64,000 bases of DNA from an uncultured Acidobacteriota bacterium (GCA_963813155.1 CAWEYG010000003.1:736001-800000), one strand, 5' to 3'; positions 19,387-30,675 are shown, numbered from the stretch's first letter. Notes: a model not told the origin generated them from the sequence alone. Numbers and translations: made by a program.

Positions 19387-20145
19387 TCAGTGTTCTTCGT
19401 GCCCCACCGCTCCCGCGATGTAGATCGTCGACAGAATCACGAAAATGAACGCCTGCAGAAGCGCGCCGATGAGCCCGAGGGCCATCATCGGCCACGGAAC
19501 CAGGATCGGCGCCATCGTGAAGAAGACTCCCGTCGCGATGTGCTCGCCGCCGATGTTGCCGACGAGACGCAGCGACAGGGAGAGGATGCGCGCGAACACG
19601 CTGATGATCTCGATCAGGAACATCAGCGGCGCCAGCACGAGCATCGGCCCCATGAAATGCTTCAGGTATCCGAAGAGCCCGTGCTCCCGAATTCCATGGA
19701 AATTGAAATAAACAAATGACGTGATAGCGAGCGCGATCGTCGTCTGGAACGAAGCCGTCGGCGGGGAGAGGAAGAAGAAGAGGCCCATGAGATTGGAGAG
19801 AAGGATGAAGTACGCGAAAGCGCCGAGCAGCGGAAGGTACTTCTTTCCCGCGCCGTGCCCGACGACGTCGTCGATGAGGTCCCTCACGGCGAGAACGATC
19901 ATCTCGTTCAAGTTCTGGAACCAGTTCGGGCTGCGCTTGCGGTACTTGCGGCTCGCGATCGGAAGCACGACCGCGAGAAGAACGAGCAGCAGGAGCGCCA
20001 TGATCACGTTGTCCTGCAGCCAGATCCCCGGCCCGTCCGGAAAGAGGTAGCCACGGAGCCCCGGGGAAAGCCGCGCAAGCGGAGGCGGACCGAACAGCGC
20101 GGTCAGCAGCCGGTTGATCGGCCCGTAGAGAAACGAGTGTTCCAT
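19387..20145 (-). CDS. atpB: F0 ATP synthase subunit a
   Basis: ILLSNLMGL, RILSLSLRLVGNI, LQAFIFVILSTIYI. Confidence 0.96.
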   Translation of the reverse strand: MEHSFLYGPINRLLTALFGPPPLARLSPGLRGYLFPDGPGIWLQDNVIMALLLLVLLAVVLPIASRKYRKRSPNWFQNLNEMIVLAVRDLIDDVVGHGAGKKYLPLLGAFAYFILLSNLMGLFFFLSPPTASFQTTIALAITSFVYFNFHGIREHGLFGYLKHFMGPMLVLAPLMFLIEIISVFARILSLSLRLVGNIGGEHIATGVFFTMAPILVPWPMMALGLIGALLQAFIFVILSTIYIAGAVGHEEH

Positions 20146-20167
20146 TCCCGCCGTTCTCCTTCCGTCC

Positions 20168-20542
20168 CTATTTCCAGCCCCCGAGGGCGCCCCGCCAGGC
20201 TATCGCGACCACGATGACCGAGAGTCCCGCGAGCCCCGCAACGAGATCGAAGGCCTTCCATCTCAGCACCGCCGTGAGCAGCAGAAGGATCAACAGAAAA
20301 CCCGCTGCCGGAATCGCGACGTCGGTGAATCGCATACCGGTTCTGGGGGTGAGGACCCTTCCCATCACCTTTTCCAGAACGAAAAAGTTGAATATAGCGA
20401 TGGCCGCCCCGATCGTCAAGGACAGGCCGGCGCGGGTCCCGAAGAGCGCGAACGTCGCCGCGGAGGCTGCCGCGGCGAGCAGGAACGCGGTCTTTCGGAC
20501 GCCGAGGAGGAGCCGCTCGGAAGGGTCAATCGGACTTGTCAT
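20168..20542 (-). CDS. atpI: ATP synthase protein I
   Basis: 4-TM protein (GAAIAIFNF) immediately upstream of atpB. Confidence 0.8.
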   Translation of the reverse strand: MTSPIDPSERLLLGVRKTAFLLAAAASAATFALFGTRAGLSLTIGAAIAIFNFFVLEKVMGRVLTPRTGMRFTDVAIPAAGFLLILLLLTAVLRWKAFDLVAGLAGLSVIVVAIAWRGALGGWK

Positions 20543-20747
20543 CGTTCGATGCGCGGCCCGCGATCCAGTACAGGTTGACGAATGCCGCCGCGCTCCCGAG
20601 GAGGCCTCCCCCGTACGAGAGGGCACGTCCGGTATGGAACAGCGAATCGAGCCAGTGCCCCAGGAAATACCCGGCGAGCGTGCAGGCGGGAAAGGTCAGG
20701 CCGAGCGCCGCGGCGTCCGCGGCCGTGCGCAGGCGCGAACGGCTCAA
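20526..20747 (-). CDS. atpZ: AtpZ / AtpI (gene 1) family protein
   Basis: GYFLGHWLDSLFHT...GGLLGSAAAF; TTG start overlaps the nuoN TGA. Confidence 0.8.
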   Translation of the reverse strand: MSRSRLRTAADAAALGLTFPACTLAGYFLGHWLDSLFHTGRALSYGGGLLGSAAAFVNLYWIAGRASNDDKSD

Positions 20748-22183
20748 AGCAGGCAGCGGCGAACGACGGACAGGAACGGCTGCGGGGCGAGACCGATCAC
20801 CATCGTCGCGATCGCGCACGCCGAGACCGTCACGGTCAGCCCGATCGAGCCCTTCAGCGGCGCCCCCTCGCCCTCGGACAGGTACATCGCCGTCACGATG
20901 CGGAAGTAGTAGAAGAGCGAGACCGCCGAAGCGAGCACGGCGAGCACGGCGAGGCCCGGATATCCGGCTCGGATCGCAACCGCGAACAGGTAGTACTTTC
21001 CGATGAACCCCGCGGTCGTCGGGATGCCGGCAAGCGAGAGGAGAAAGATCAGCATCACGGCGGCGATCAGCGGGTTCCGGCGCGAGAGGCCTTTCCAGTC
21101 GTCGATCGATTCGCCTGCGTACCCCTTCGATTCCAGGAAAATCACGAGGGCGAAAGCTCCGAAGTTCATGAACGTGTATGCGAGCAGGTAGATTTCGATC
21201 GCCTCGATCCCGCCCTGCGAGAACCCGAGCACGCCGAGCAGGGCGTATCCCGCGTTCGCGATCGACGAGTACGCGAGCAGCCGCTTGACGTTCGTCTGCA
21301 GCAGCGCCGCGACGTTCCCGACGACGAGCGTGAGCGCGGCCGCGATCGCGACGATCAGCTTCCAGTCAGCCGCAAAATGCGGGAGAGCGACGTAGAAGAT
21401 GCGCGCGAGAATCGCATAGGAGCCCGCCTTCGGCCCCACGGAGAAGAACGCCGCGATCGGCGTCGGCGCCCCCTCGTAGACGTCCGGGGCCCAGACGTGA
21501 AACGGGACGGCCGCGATCTTGAACAGGATCCCGAAGAGAAGAAGGAGAGCTCCGATCGTCGCGATCCGGCTCGGAGCGAGCGTCTGAAACGACGCCGCCA
21601 GCTCCGGCAGCCCGAGCTTCCCCGAAAATCCGTACAGCAGGGAGATCCCGTAGAGAAGCACGCCCGACGAAAACGCGCCGAGGATGAAATATTTCGTCGC
21701 CGCCTCGATCGACTTCACCTGTTCCTTGAAATAGCCGGCGAGCACGTAGGAGGACAGCGCCATGAGCTCGAGCGAAACGTAGATCGACGCGAGATTGTCG
21801 CCCGATGCCATGAACATCGTACCGAGCGTCGCGAAAAGAACGAGGCCGTAGTACTCCCCCGCGGGATACGGCGCGTCTCCGACGAAGCGAATCGACGCAA
21901 GGACGGTCAGCGCCGCCGAGCCGAGCACGAGAAACTTGAAATAGATTGAAAAGTTGTCGACCACGAACATACCGGAGAGGATCGGAACTCCGCGGCCGGG
22001 CACCCTCAGCAGGATGCCGAGCAGGAGCGCGGCGGCCCCGGCGATTCCTGCGAGCGCGACGCCCGCGAGGATCTTCTCGCGCTTCTTCGAAGTGACGACG
22101 GCGAGGCAGAGGATGAGCGCCGCGACGCCGCAGAGGAAAAGCTCCGGCGAAAGGAGCAGCCACTCGATCGGGCGGATCTTCAT
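20744..22183 (-). CDS. nuoN: NADH-quinone oxidoreductase subunit N
   Basis: SLELMALSSYVL, EAATKYF, FKIAAVPFHVWAPDVYEGAP, KRLLAYSSI. Confidence 0.96.
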   Translation of the reverse strand: MKIRPIEWLLLSPELFLCGVAALILCLAVVTSKKREKILAGVALAGIAGAAALLLGILLRVPGRGVPILSGMFVVDNFSIYFKFLVLGSAALTVLASIRFVGDAPYPAGEYYGLVLFATLGTMFMASGDNLASIYVSLELMALSSYVLAGYFKEQVKSIEAATKYFILGAFSSGVLLYGISLLYGFSGKLGLPELAASFQTLAPSRIATIGALLLLFGILFKIAAVPFHVWAPDVYEGAPTPIAAFFSVGPKAGSYAILARIFYVALPHFAADWKLIVAIAAALTLVVGNVAALLQTNVKRLLAYSSIANAGYALLGVLGFSQGGIEAIEIYLLAYTFMNFGAFALVIFLESKGYAGESIDDWKGLSRRNPLIAAVMLIFLLSLAGIPTTAGFIGKYYLFAVAIRAGYPGLAVLAVLASAVSLFYYFRIVTAMYLSEGEGAPLKGSIGLTVTVSACAIATMVIGLAPQPFLSVVRRCLL

Positions 22184-23757
22184 TTCGTCCGGAGCCGCGC
22201 GACAGCGCCCGGCGGCGTCCCGGGAGCGGACGCCGTGGCGATCGCCGCGACGATCTTGTCGACCGGCTTCGCCATGATGTCGAAGAACGGCTGCGGGTAG
22301 ACGCCGATCCACAACGCGCACGCGATCAGGGGAATGAGCGTCCACTGCTCGCGGGCCGACAGATCTTTCAGTTTTTCATTGGCCGGGTTCGACAGCTCGC
22401 CGAAAAAGACCCTCTGGTAGAGCCACAGGAGGTAGGCCGCCCCGAGCACGATTCCCCAGAGCGCCCAGAAAGCCCACCACGGATTGTGGAGGTACGCGCC
22501 GTTCAGGATCGTGAACTCCCCGACGAACCCGTTCAGAAGTGGGAGCCCCATCGACGAAAGCGCGATGATGAGAAAGAAAACCGCGTAGATCGGCATCTGC
22601 TTCGCGAGGCCGCCGTATTCCGCGATCATTCTCGTGTGCCGGCGCTCGTAGACGATGCCGACGAGGAGAAAGAGCGCTCCGGTGGAAATTCCGTGGTTCA
22701 CCATCTGCAGGATCCCGCCCCGCAACCCCGCCGTGTTCAGAGCGAACACGCCGAGCATCACGAATCCCAGGTGGGAGACCGACGAGTAGGCGACGAGCTT
22801 CTTCATGTCTTTCTGAACGAGGGAGACCATCGCGCCGTAGATGATCCCGACGATCGAGATCGCGGCCATCAGGAGGAGCACCCAGTGCGTCGTGACGGCC
22901 TTCGGGAACATCGGCAGCGAGAAGCGGACGAATCCGTACGTGCCCATCTTCAGCAAAACGCCCGCGAGGATGACCGAGCCTGCCGTCGGCGCTTCCACGT
23001 GCGCGTCCGGAAGCCACGTGTGGAACGGGAACATCGGAACCTTGATCGCGAAGCCGAAGAAGAACGCGAAGAACAGCAGGATCTGGAGATGCGCGGGCAT
23101 TCCCGGCGTCAGCGCCGTCAGCGTCGGGATGTCGAACGTCGGAGCGTTGCCGAGGCCGGCGACCCCGAGCGCTCCGGTCGTGTTGTAGAAGTAGACCGTG
23201 ATGATGCCAAGCAGCATCAGGACCGACCCGGAGAGCGTGTAGAGGAAGAACTTGATCGCCGCGTAGAGCCTTCGCGGACCGCCCCAGATTCCGATGAGGA
23301 AGTACATCGGAACGAGCATCACCTCCCAGAACACGTAGAACAGGAAGAAATCCAGGGTCATGAACGTCCCGAGCATCCCGGTCTGGAGAAGCAACAGGAA
23401 AACGTAATACTCCTTTTCACGCTCGTGGATCGCGGTGAACGACGAATAGATCGAGATCACGCCCAGGAGCGTCGTCAGGAGGATCAGCAGCAGCGAGATC
23501 CCGTCGATCCCGAAGTGGTACTGCACGCCGAGCGAAGGGATCCAGCTCGCGACTTCCTGGAACTGGAATCCGTCCTTCGCGCGATCGAACCAGAACCAGA
23601 GGAACAGCGAGACGGCAAAATCGAGGCCCGCGACGGCCGTCGCGAACGCCCGGATCGCGCCGCTCTTCGACCGGGGAATCGCGAAGACCAGCAGCAGCGC
23701 GCCCGCGAGCGGAATGTAGGCGACGATCGAAAGAATGTGGGCTTGAAGAAAATTCAT
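22180..23757 (-). CDS. nuoM: NADH-quinone oxidoreductase subunit M
   Basis: GIDGISL, FYVFWEVML, IKVPMFPFHTWLPDAHVEAP, LLKMGTYG. Confidence 0.97.
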   Translation of the reverse strand: MNFLQAHILSIVAYIPLAGALLLVFAIPRSKSGAIRAFATAVAGLDFAVSLFLWFWFDRAKDGFQFQEVASWIPSLGVQYHFGIDGISLLLILLTTLLGVISIYSSFTAIHEREKEYYVFLLLLQTGMLGTFMTLDFFLFYVFWEVMLVPMYFLIGIWGGPRRLYAAIKFFLYTLSGSVLMLLGIITVYFYNTTGALGVAGLGNAPTFDIPTLTALTPGMPAHLQILLFFAFFFGFAIKVPMFPFHTWLPDAHVEAPTAGSVILAGVLLKMGTYGFVRFSLPMFPKAVTTHWVLLLMAAISIVGIIYGAMVSLVQKDMKKLVAYSSVSHLGFVMLGVFALNTAGLRGGILQMVNHGISTGALFLLVGIVYERRHTRMIAEYGGLAKQMPIYAVFFLIIALSSMGLPLLNGFVGEFTILNGAYLHNPWWAFWALWGIVLGAAYLLWLYQRVFFGELSNPANEKLKDLSAREQWTLIPLIACALWIGVYPQPFFDIMAKPVDKIVAAIATASAPGTPPGAVARLRTK

Positions 23758-23770
23758 GCTTGCTCTTCCC

Positions 23771-25945
23771 CTATCTCCAGATCAGGTAGGCGGCGATCAG
23801 CACCAGGAATCCGCCCCCCATGACGAATGCATAATTCTGAACGCGGCCCGTCTGAAGCCTCTTCAGGCCGCGAAATCCCGCCTGGAGCGAGCCGGCGACG
23901 CCGTTGACGAGGCCGTCAACGACGTACTGGTCGAAAACGGACGCGAGCCAAGAGAGAGCGAGCGGCACCTTCGTGAACAGTCCGTTCACGCCGATTCCGT
24001 CGATGACGCGAGCGTCGAAATCCCACAGGAAACGTCCGCCTCCCTTGCCGAGGCCCTCGACGAAGACCGCGTTGTACGCCTCGTCGACGTAGTACTTGTT
24101 CTGGAGAACGCGGTAGGCCCCCGCAAACCGTTCCGCGAGCCGTTTCGGCGCCGCAAACGCCCGCTCCCCGAGATAGAAGCGCGCAGCGACGAGGATGCCG
24201 GCGATCGCGGCTCCGACCGAGACGCCCATCAGGAGAAACTCCGTGCCCGGCGCCAGCCGGGCCTCGGCCGCGTTTCGCCCCGCGAGGGGCAGGAAGATCG
24301 GCTCGAGCCAGTTCTTCAGGAGATGGGAGTGAGAGCGAAACGCCTCGGGAATTCCGAGGAAGCCGGCCAGGATCGCGCCGACGCCCAGAACGATCAGCGG
24401 AATCGTCATCGTCGCGGGCGACTCGTGGAGATGGTTCTCCTGTTCGGCCGTTCCGCGGAACTTTCCGTAGAACGTCAGAAAGACGGTCCGAAACATGTAG
24501 AACGCGGTCATGCCCGCCGTGAGGAGACCCACGCCGTAGAGAATGCGATGCCCGCCCGCGAACGTCTCTCCGAGGATCTCGTCTTTCGAGAAGAACCCGG
24601 CGAACGGAATGATCCCGGCGATCGCGAGCGTCGAGACGAGGTACGTCCAGTGCGTCGTCTTCATGCGGCTCTTCAGACCGCCCATCGCGCGCATGTCCTG
24701 CTCCCCCGCCATGGCATGGATCACCGAGCCCGATCCGAGGAAGAGACAAGCCTTGAAGAACGCGTGCGTGAAGACGTGGAACATTCCTCCGACGAAAGCG
24801 CCGACGCCGCAGCCCAGGAACATGTAGCCGAGCTGCGAGATCGTCGAGTACGCGAGGACCTTCTTGATGTCGTTCTGGACGAGCGCGATCGTGGCCGCAA
24901 AGATCGCCGTCGCGCAGCCGATGACGGCGACGAACAGCATCGCCTCCGGCGACAGCCGGAAAAGCACGTTGCAGCGGGCGACCATGTACACGCCGGCGGT
25001 CACCATCGTCGCCGCGTGGATCAGCGCGGAAACCGGCGTGGGCCCGGCCATCGCGTCCGGAAGCCAGACGTACAGGGGAATCTGCGCCGACTTGCCCATC
25101 GCGCCCACGAAAAGACACAGGCAGATCGCGGTCAGGTACGGGGCGTAGGTCCCGGGCGAAGCCGCCGCGAGGGAGAAGACGCGGCCGAAGTCGGAGGTGC
25201 CGAAGAGCGAGAAGATCCCGAAGATCCCGAGCGCGAAGCCGAGATCGCCGATCCGGTTGACGACGAACGCCTTCTTGCCTGCGTCCGCCGCGAAATTCTT
25301 CTCGTAGTAGTAGCCGATCAGGAGGTACGAGCAGAGACCGACGCCCTCCCAGCCGGCGAACATGACGATGAAGTTGCCGCCCAAAACGAGCAGCAGCATC
25401 GAGAACATGAAGAGGTTGAGGTACGCGAAGAACCTTCCGAATCCCTCTTCGTGGCCCATGTACCCGATCGAATAGACGTGGATCAGGAAACCCACGAACG
25501 TGACGAAGGAGATCATCAGCGCCGAGAGCGGATCGAGCCGGAACGTCCAGTCGACGGCCATCGCGGCCGTTCCGCCGAGCTTCAGCGGGTTGACCCCCTG
25601 GGGAATCCAGCTCGCGAGCGTCACGACGTGGGGGTGCGCGAGCCCCTCCGATCTCACCCAGTCGATGATCGCGCCGAAGGAAAACACGCAGGAGAGCGCG
25701 ATCATCAGCGGGGACAGCACCGCGTGAACGGTCTTGAAGGGAACGTGAGGGTGCTCTCCGACGTGCGCCGAGGGCGCCGACGCGTGCGGCGGAGAGATCG
25801 CTTTTGCCTCGGTCGGATGGACTTCGGGCCCGTGGTCCCCCGCCGCGAGCTCCCCCTGCGTCCGGTGCGACAGCAGGTAGAGGAAGCCGTTCACGACGAA
25901 TCCCGCGAGCGGGAAGAGCGGAATCAGCCAGAGAAGGTCTTTCAT
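23771..25945 (-). CDS. nuoL: NADH-quinone oxidoreductase subunit L
   Basis: GWEGVGLCSYLLIG, GKSAQIPLYVWLPDAMAGPTPVSALIHAATMV, HAFFKA. Confidence 0.97.
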   Translation of the reverse strand: MKDLLWLIPLFPLAGFVVNGFLYLLSHRTQGELAAGDHGPEVHPTEAKAISPPHASAPSAHVGEHPHVPFKTVHAVLSPLMIALSCVFSFGAIIDWVRSEGLAHPHVVTLASWIPQGVNPLKLGGTAAMAVDWTFRLDPLSALMISFVTFVGFLIHVYSIGYMGHEEGFGRFFAYLNLFMFSMLLLVLGGNFIVMFAGWEGVGLCSYLLIGYYYEKNFAADAGKKAFVVNRIGDLGFALGIFGIFSLFGTSDFGRVFSLAAASPGTYAPYLTAICLCLFVGAMGKSAQIPLYVWLPDAMAGPTPVSALIHAATMVTAGVYMVARCNVLFRLSPEAMLFVAVIGCATAIFAATIALVQNDIKKVLAYSTISQLGYMFLGCGVGAFVGGMFHVFTHAFFKACLFLGSGSVIHAMAGEQDMRAMGGLKSRMKTTHWTYLVSTLAIAGIIPFAGFFSKDEILGETFAGGHRILYGVGLLTAGMTAFYMFRTVFLTFYGKFRGTAEQENHLHESPATMTIPLIVLGVGAILAGFLGIPEAFRSHSHLLKNWLEPIFLPLAGRNAAEARLAPGTEFLLMGVSVGAAIAGILVAARFYLGERAFAAPKRLAERFAGAYRVLQNKYYVDEAYNAVFVEGLGKGGGRFLWDFDARVIDGIGVNGLFTKVPLALSWLASVFDQYVVDGLVNGVAGSLQAGFRGLKRLQTGRVQNYAFVMGGGFLVLIAAYLIWR

Positions 25946-26250
25946 CAGCCCTGCATCGTGTCGGCTTCGTCGACGTACAACGTCTGCTTCTGCCGGTACA
26001 GCGAGATGATGATGGCCAGGCCGATGGCGGCTTCCCCGGCCGCGATCGTGATCACGAACACAGCGAAGATCTGGCCCGTGAGGTCCGAAAGGCGGTGCGA
26101 AAACGCGATGAGGTTCAGGTTCACCGCGTTCAACATGAGCTCGATCGACATCAGCACGGTCAGGAAGTTCCGGCGGATCAAAACGCCGATGAAGCCGATC
26201 GTGAAGAGCAGAAACGAAAGCGCGAGGTAGTCGTTGATCGTGATCGTCAT
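25945..26250 (-). CDS. nuoK: NADH-quinone oxidoreductase subunit K
   Basis: MSIELMLNAVNL, AAGEAAIGLA. Confidence 0.96.
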   Translation of the reverse strand: MTITINDYLALSFLLFTIGFIGVLIRRNFLTVLMSIELMLNAVNLNLIAFSHRLSDLTGQIFAVFVITIAAGEAAIGLAIIISLYRQKQTLYVDEADTMQG

Positions 26251-26254
26251 GACT

Positions 26255-26812
26255 TCAGTCCATCTTTTCGACGGATCGCCGGCCGAGCACGACGGCGCCG
26301 ACGATTGCGACGAGCAGGAAGATCGACGCGATCTCGAACGGCAGGAGATATTCGCGGTACAGGCCCCAGGCCACCGCCTGCGAGTTGCCGAGGAGCTTGC
26401 CCGCGACCGTGCGGAAAACGTCCGGCTGGAACGGGGCTCCGGGGCCGAGAGGCTCCAGCAGGAGCTGCGAGTCGAAGAGCACGTTCAGGATGAACCCGAG
26501 CACGACGGCCGCGACGATCTGCTTCTGGTACGGCTCGACCTGCGGCAGACGCTGGACGTTGACGAGCATGATGACGAAGAGGAAAAGAACCATGATCCCG
26601 CCGGCGTAAACGAGGATCTGGACGGCCCCCACGAATTCCGCCTCCTGCAGGAAGAAGATCCCCGCGACCATGAGAAACGCGAGGAGCAGGGAAAGCGCCG
26701 AATGGATCGGGTTCCGCGCGAGGACGACCGAGATCGCGCAGACGACCGCGACGAGCGCGAACGCGGCGAAGATCCAGCCGGAGATTCCCGTCAGGAGCGC
26801 GCCCTCGCTCAT
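26255..26812 (-). CDS. nuoJ: NADH-quinone oxidoreductase subunit J
   Basis: NPIHSAL, AEFVGAVQILVYAGGIMVLFLFVIML, LPFEIAS. Confidence 0.95.
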   Translation of the reverse strand: MSEGALLTGISGWIFAAFALVAVVCAISVVLARNPIHSALSLLLAFLMVAGIFFLQEAEFVGAVQILVYAGGIMVLFLFVIMLVNVQRLPQVEPYQKQIVAAVVLGFILNVLFDSQLLLEPLGPGAPFQPDVFRTVAGKLLGNSQAVAWGLYREYLLPFEIASIFLLVAIVGAVVLGRRSVEKMD

Positions 26813-27285
26813 CCCTTCTCCGTGATCGTGAACGGCTTCACGTTTTCGTCCCACTCCGTGAGCTTGTCGATGTCCAGGTAGAGCGCCTCGTTTCGCTCGT
26901 AAGTCGAGAGCTCGTAGGTCTTCGTCGTCAGCCAGATCGACTTCGGGACGGTCGGGCACGCTTCTTCGCACAACTGGCAGAACATGCAGCGCTTGAGATC
27001 GAGGTCGAAGCGGTCCAAAACCTTGACCGACTTGGCCGCCTCGTTCTTCTCGTTGTGCCAGTCGATGAAGATGATGTTGATCGGGCACTCGATCGCGCAA
27101 AGAGTGCACTTGATGCACCGCTCCTCGTCGAGCCGGAACATTCCCCGGAAACGGTCCGACGGCTCCTTCTTCTGCTCCGGGTACTGGATCGTCGTCTTCT
27201 TCTTCACGAAGTGGCGGCCCGTGACCATGAGCCCGTCGAACAGGTCGAGCAGAACGATCTTGTCCAGGAACTTTCGGAGGCTCAT
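26809..27285 (-). CDS. nuoI: NADH-quinone oxidoreductase subunit I
   Basis: TIQYPE, two CxxCxxCxxxCP motifs (CIKCTLCAIECP, CMFCQLCEEACP). Confidence 0.95.
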   Translation of the reverse strand: MSLRKFLDKIVLLDLFDGLMVTGRHFVKKKTTIQYPEQKKEPSDRFRGMFRLDEERCIKCTLCAIECPINIIFIDWHNEKNEAAKSVKVLDRFDLDLKRCMFCQLCEEACPTVPKSIWLTTKTYELSTYERNEALYLDIDKLTEWDENVKPFTITEKG

Positions 27286-28418
27286 TTCGCCTCCGCGGCC
27301 GCGAGCGAGCGCCGGAGAACGGAAAGCGCGAACATCGCGGCGAACAGCCCGCCGAACACCCATCCGAGGGCCCGCAGCCCGTGCAGGTACGTCGTGTCCG
27401 CCAGCACGCAGCCGGCGACGACGAGGATGTTCCCGAGGGCGAGCGGGATGAGCCACTTCCAACCGAGGTTCATGAGCTGGTCGAACCGGTAGCGTGGAAA
27501 CGTCGACCGGAACCAGATGTAACAGAAGATGAAGACACCGACCTTCGCGAGGAACCAGACCATTCCGGGCACCGCGCTCAGGAACGGCAGCAGGTGCGGG
27601 AAGGGCGCCAGCCAGCCTCCGAAGAACAGCGTGACGGCGACCGAGGAGACGACGATCATCGCCGTGTACTCGCCGAGAAAATAGAAGGCGAACTTGATTC
27701 CCGAATACTCCGTGTTGAAGCCCGAGACGAGCTCCGACTCCGCCTCCGGAAGGTCGAAGGGATTCCGGTTCGTCTCCGCGACCCCCGACACGAAGTAGAT
27801 GAAGAACGACAGGAGCCCGGGAAAGATGAACCACAGGCGCGCGCGCTCCTGGACTCTCACGATCTCCACGAGCGACATCGAGCGCGACATCAGGAGCACG
27901 GCGACGATGGCGAGCCCCATCGGAACCTCGTAGGAGACGAGCTGCGCCGCGGAGCGAAGCCCCCCGAGGAGCGAGAACTTGTTGTTCGACGCCCAGCCGC
28001 CCAGGATGATGCCGTACACGCCGATCGACGTGATTCCGAGAAGGAACAGGAGCCCGACGTTGACGTCGGCGACCCAGAGCGGCGTCTCGATCCCGGCGAT
28101 CCGGATGCCGGCCCCGAACGGAATGAGCGCGAGGGCCGTCAGGGCCGGGATGACCGAGAGCACCGGGCCGAAGAAGTAGCTGATCTTCTCCGCCTTCGCG
28201 GGCGTCAGGTCCTCTTTCGTCACGAGCTTCAGAAGGTCCGCGAGCCCCTGCAGCGTGCCCTGCGGGCCGACCCGGTTGGGGCCGAGCCTCCCCTGCATGA
28301 AGCCCATGAATCGCCTTTCGGCGAGAACGATGACGAAACCGACGATCGCCGGGACGACGAGGACGATCAGGAGGATCTTGACCGCCGTGAAGAGCGTCTG
28401 CAGGTTCTGCGGGCTCAT
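27282..28418 (-). CDS. nuoH: NADH-quinone oxidoreductase subunit H
   Basis: AERR...[39 protein letters not shown]. Confidence 0.95.
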   Translation of the reverse strand: MSPQNLQTLFTAVKILLIVLVVPAIVGFVIVLAERRFMGFMQGRLGPNRVGPQGTLQGLADLLKLVTKEDLTPAKAEKISYFFGPVLSVIPALTALALIPFGAGIRIAGIETPLWVADVNVGLLFLLGITSIGVYGIILGGWASNNKFSLLGGLRSAAQLVSYEVPMGLAIVAVLLMSRSMSLVEIVRVQERARLWFIFPGLLSFFIYFVSGVAETNRNPFDLPEAESELVSGFNTEYSGIKFAFYFLGEYTAMIVVSSVAVTLFFGGWLAPFPHLLPFLSAVPGMVWFLAKVGVFIFCYIWFRSTFPRYRFDQLMNLGWKWLIPLALGNILVVAGCVLADTTYLHGLRALGWVFGGLFAAMFALSVLRRSLAAAEAK

Positions 28419-29621
28419 CGGTCCACCTCGCCGAGGACGATGTCGACCGTGCCGATCAGCGCCACGAGGTCCGAGACGAGGTGCCCCCGGGCGAGGCGCG
28501 GCAGCGCCTGCAGATTGATGAGCGAAGGAGGCCTCACGTGCAGGCGGTACGGCTTGTTCGATCCGTTCGAGACGAGGTAGAAGCCGAGTCTCCCCCTTCG
28601 GGGATTCGACCGACGCGTAGACTTCCTCGGCCGGCGGCTTGATGACGCGGGGGACCTTGCCCTTGATCTCGCCCGGCTCGAGCCGGTCGAGGCACTGGCG
28701 GATGATTCGGGCGGACTGGCGCATCTCCGCGACGCGGACGAGGTATCGGTCGTAGGTGTCGCCGTTCTTGCCGGTCGGGACGACGAAGTCGAGCTCGTCG
28801 TAGCACTCGTACGGCTGCGCGCGGCGAAGGTCCCACTCGATGCCCGATCCCCGGATGAGCGGGCCGGTGAGCCCCCATTCGATGCACTCCTCGCCGGAAA
28901 TGACGCCGATTCCGACCGTCCGCTTCTTCCAGATCCGGTTGTTCGTGAGAAGGGTCTCGTAATCGTCCACCCGCGCCGGAAAATCCTCGATGAACTCTGC
29001 GACGGCCTCCGTCCAGTTCGGCGTCAGGTCGAAGGGAAGGCCCCCGATCCGCATGCAGTTCAACGTCAGGCGGGCGCCGCAGTACTCCTCGAAGAAATCG
29101 AGGATCTGCTCCCGCTCCCGGAAGCAGTACCAGAACGGCGTGACCGCGCCGAGATCGATTCCCGACGTCCCGAGCCACACCAGGTGGGACGAGATCCGCT
29201 GCAGCTCGTCGAGGATCACGCGGATCAGCTGGGCGCGGCGCGGGATCTCGACGCCGAGGAGCTTCTCGACGGTCAGGCAGTAGGCGTGATTGCTCGTGGC
29301 GGCCGCGATGTAGTCCATGCGGTCCGTGTGCGGGATCGCCATCGGGTAGGTTTCGGTCTCGAAGAGCTTTTCCGTGCCGCGGTGGAGATAGCCGACGTCC
29401 GGAATCGCGTCCACGATCTTCTCGCCGTCGACCTTGAGAACGATCCGGAGCACGCCGTGCGTCGAGGGGTGCTGCGGCCCGAAGTTCAGCTCCATCTCCG
29501 TGACGTCGAACAGCGTCTTCGGAGCCGCGACCGTCCGGGCCGGGGGGTTGTGCAGCGTCTGCGCCGACTTCGCGCGCGCCGCGAAGTAGGCCGCTTCGTC
29601 CTGTTCGGGGGTGCGGCTCAT
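28415..29621 (-). CDS. nuoD: NADH-quinone oxidoreductase subunit D, apparent frameshift ~28590
   Basis: [28 protein letters not shown]; the tail DIVLGEVDR* is in the adjacent frame. Confidence 0.93.
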
Positions 29622-30181
29622 GACACCGACTTCTGGTTCGGGTCGTCGGGCGCGGGGCCGCCGCCGGCGGGATATTCCTCCGGGTAGATCGCGGCGCCCG
29701 TGTCGATCCCCTCGAGCGGGAAATCCTTCCGCAGCGGATGTCCCTGGAATCCGTCCCAGGTGACGAGCCGCCGGAGGTCCGGGTGATCGGTGAAGCGAAT
29801 TCCGTACAGGTCGAACACCTCGCGCTCCGACCAGTTCGCCGCGAGGTACGTCGTCGCGATCGTCGGGACTTCCTCCCCGTCCGCGCAGCCGAGCTTCACG
29901 CGGATTCTCGCGTTCTTGGAAAACGAGTAGAAGTGATAGACGACGTCGAACCGCGGCGTGCGGTCGCGCCAGTCGACGGCCGTGACGTCGACGCAGTATT
30001 TGAAGTCCTCGGCGTCCTTGAGGTGCCGCGCGACCTCCACGATCTTCTCGCGCGCGACGGTGACGGTGACCTGCGAGGCGAACATCTTGGCGGCCACGAC
30101 GGAGTCGGGCACGGCGCCCCGAAGGGAAACGACCCAGGGGTGATCGGACGCGTCCGTCGCGGCAGGTTTCGCTTCGGCCAT
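29618..30181 (-). CDS. nuoC: NADH-quinone oxidoreductase subunit C
   Basis: DVTAVD, RFDVVY, ANWSEREVFDLYGI..HPDLRR..GHPLRKDFP. Confidence 0.95.
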   Translation of the reverse strand: MAEAKPAATDASDHPWVVSLRGAVPDSVVAAKMFASQVTVTVAREKIVEVARHLKDAEDFKYCVDVTAVDWRDRTPRFDVVYHFYSFSKNARIRVKLGCADGEEVPTIATTYLAANWSEREVFDLYGIRFTDHPDLRRLVTWDGFQGHPLRKDFPLEGIDTGAAIYPEEYPAGGGPAPDDPNQKSVS

Positions 30182-30666
30182 CAGGACGCCTTGCGAATGA
30201 CCTTCATCTTGTCGATTTTCTTCTGGAGCTGGATGATGCCGTACAGCAGGGCTTCCGGCCGCGGCGGGCAGCCCGGCACGTAGACGTCTACGGGAACGAT
30301 GCGGTCCACGCCCTGCGTGACCGCGTACGTCCGGTAAGGTCCGCCGCAAGTCGCGCACGAGCCCATCGCGATCACCCATTTCGGATCGGGCATCTGATCG
30401 TAGAGCCGCTTGACGACGGGGGCCATCTTTTCGACGACCGTGCCGGCGACGATCATGAGGTCCGACTGGCGCGGCGTGCCGCGGAACACCTCCGCCCCGA
30501 ACCGCGCGAGATCGTGCCGCGAATCCATGACCGCCATCATTTCGATCGCGCAGCACGCGAGACCGAACTGCATCGGCCAGATCGCGCTGCGCCTCGCCCA
30601 GTTGATGACGGAGTCGACCGTCGTCGTGAGGACGTTCTCTTCGAAGCGGTTCGTGAGGATGCTCAT
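30181..30666 (-). CDS. nuoB: NADH-quinone oxidoreductase subunit B
   Basis: [24 protein letters not shown]. Confidence 0.97.
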   Translation of the reverse strand: MSILTNRFEENVLTTTVDSVINWARRSAIWPMQFGLACCAIEMMAVMDSRHDLARFGAEVFRGTPRQSDLMIVAGTVVEKMAPVVKRLYDQMPDPKWVIAMGSCATCGGPYRTYAVTQGVDRIVPVDVYVPGCPPRPEALLYGIIQLQKKIDKMKVIRKAS

Positions 30667-30675
30667 TGCCCGTCC

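Noticed and set aside
27282-29621. Apparent NuoD-NuoH fusion (779-aa ORF)
   Set aside because: One extra base near 28590 shifts NuoD; the normal tail DIVLGEVDR* is in the next frame and overlaps the nuoH ATG.
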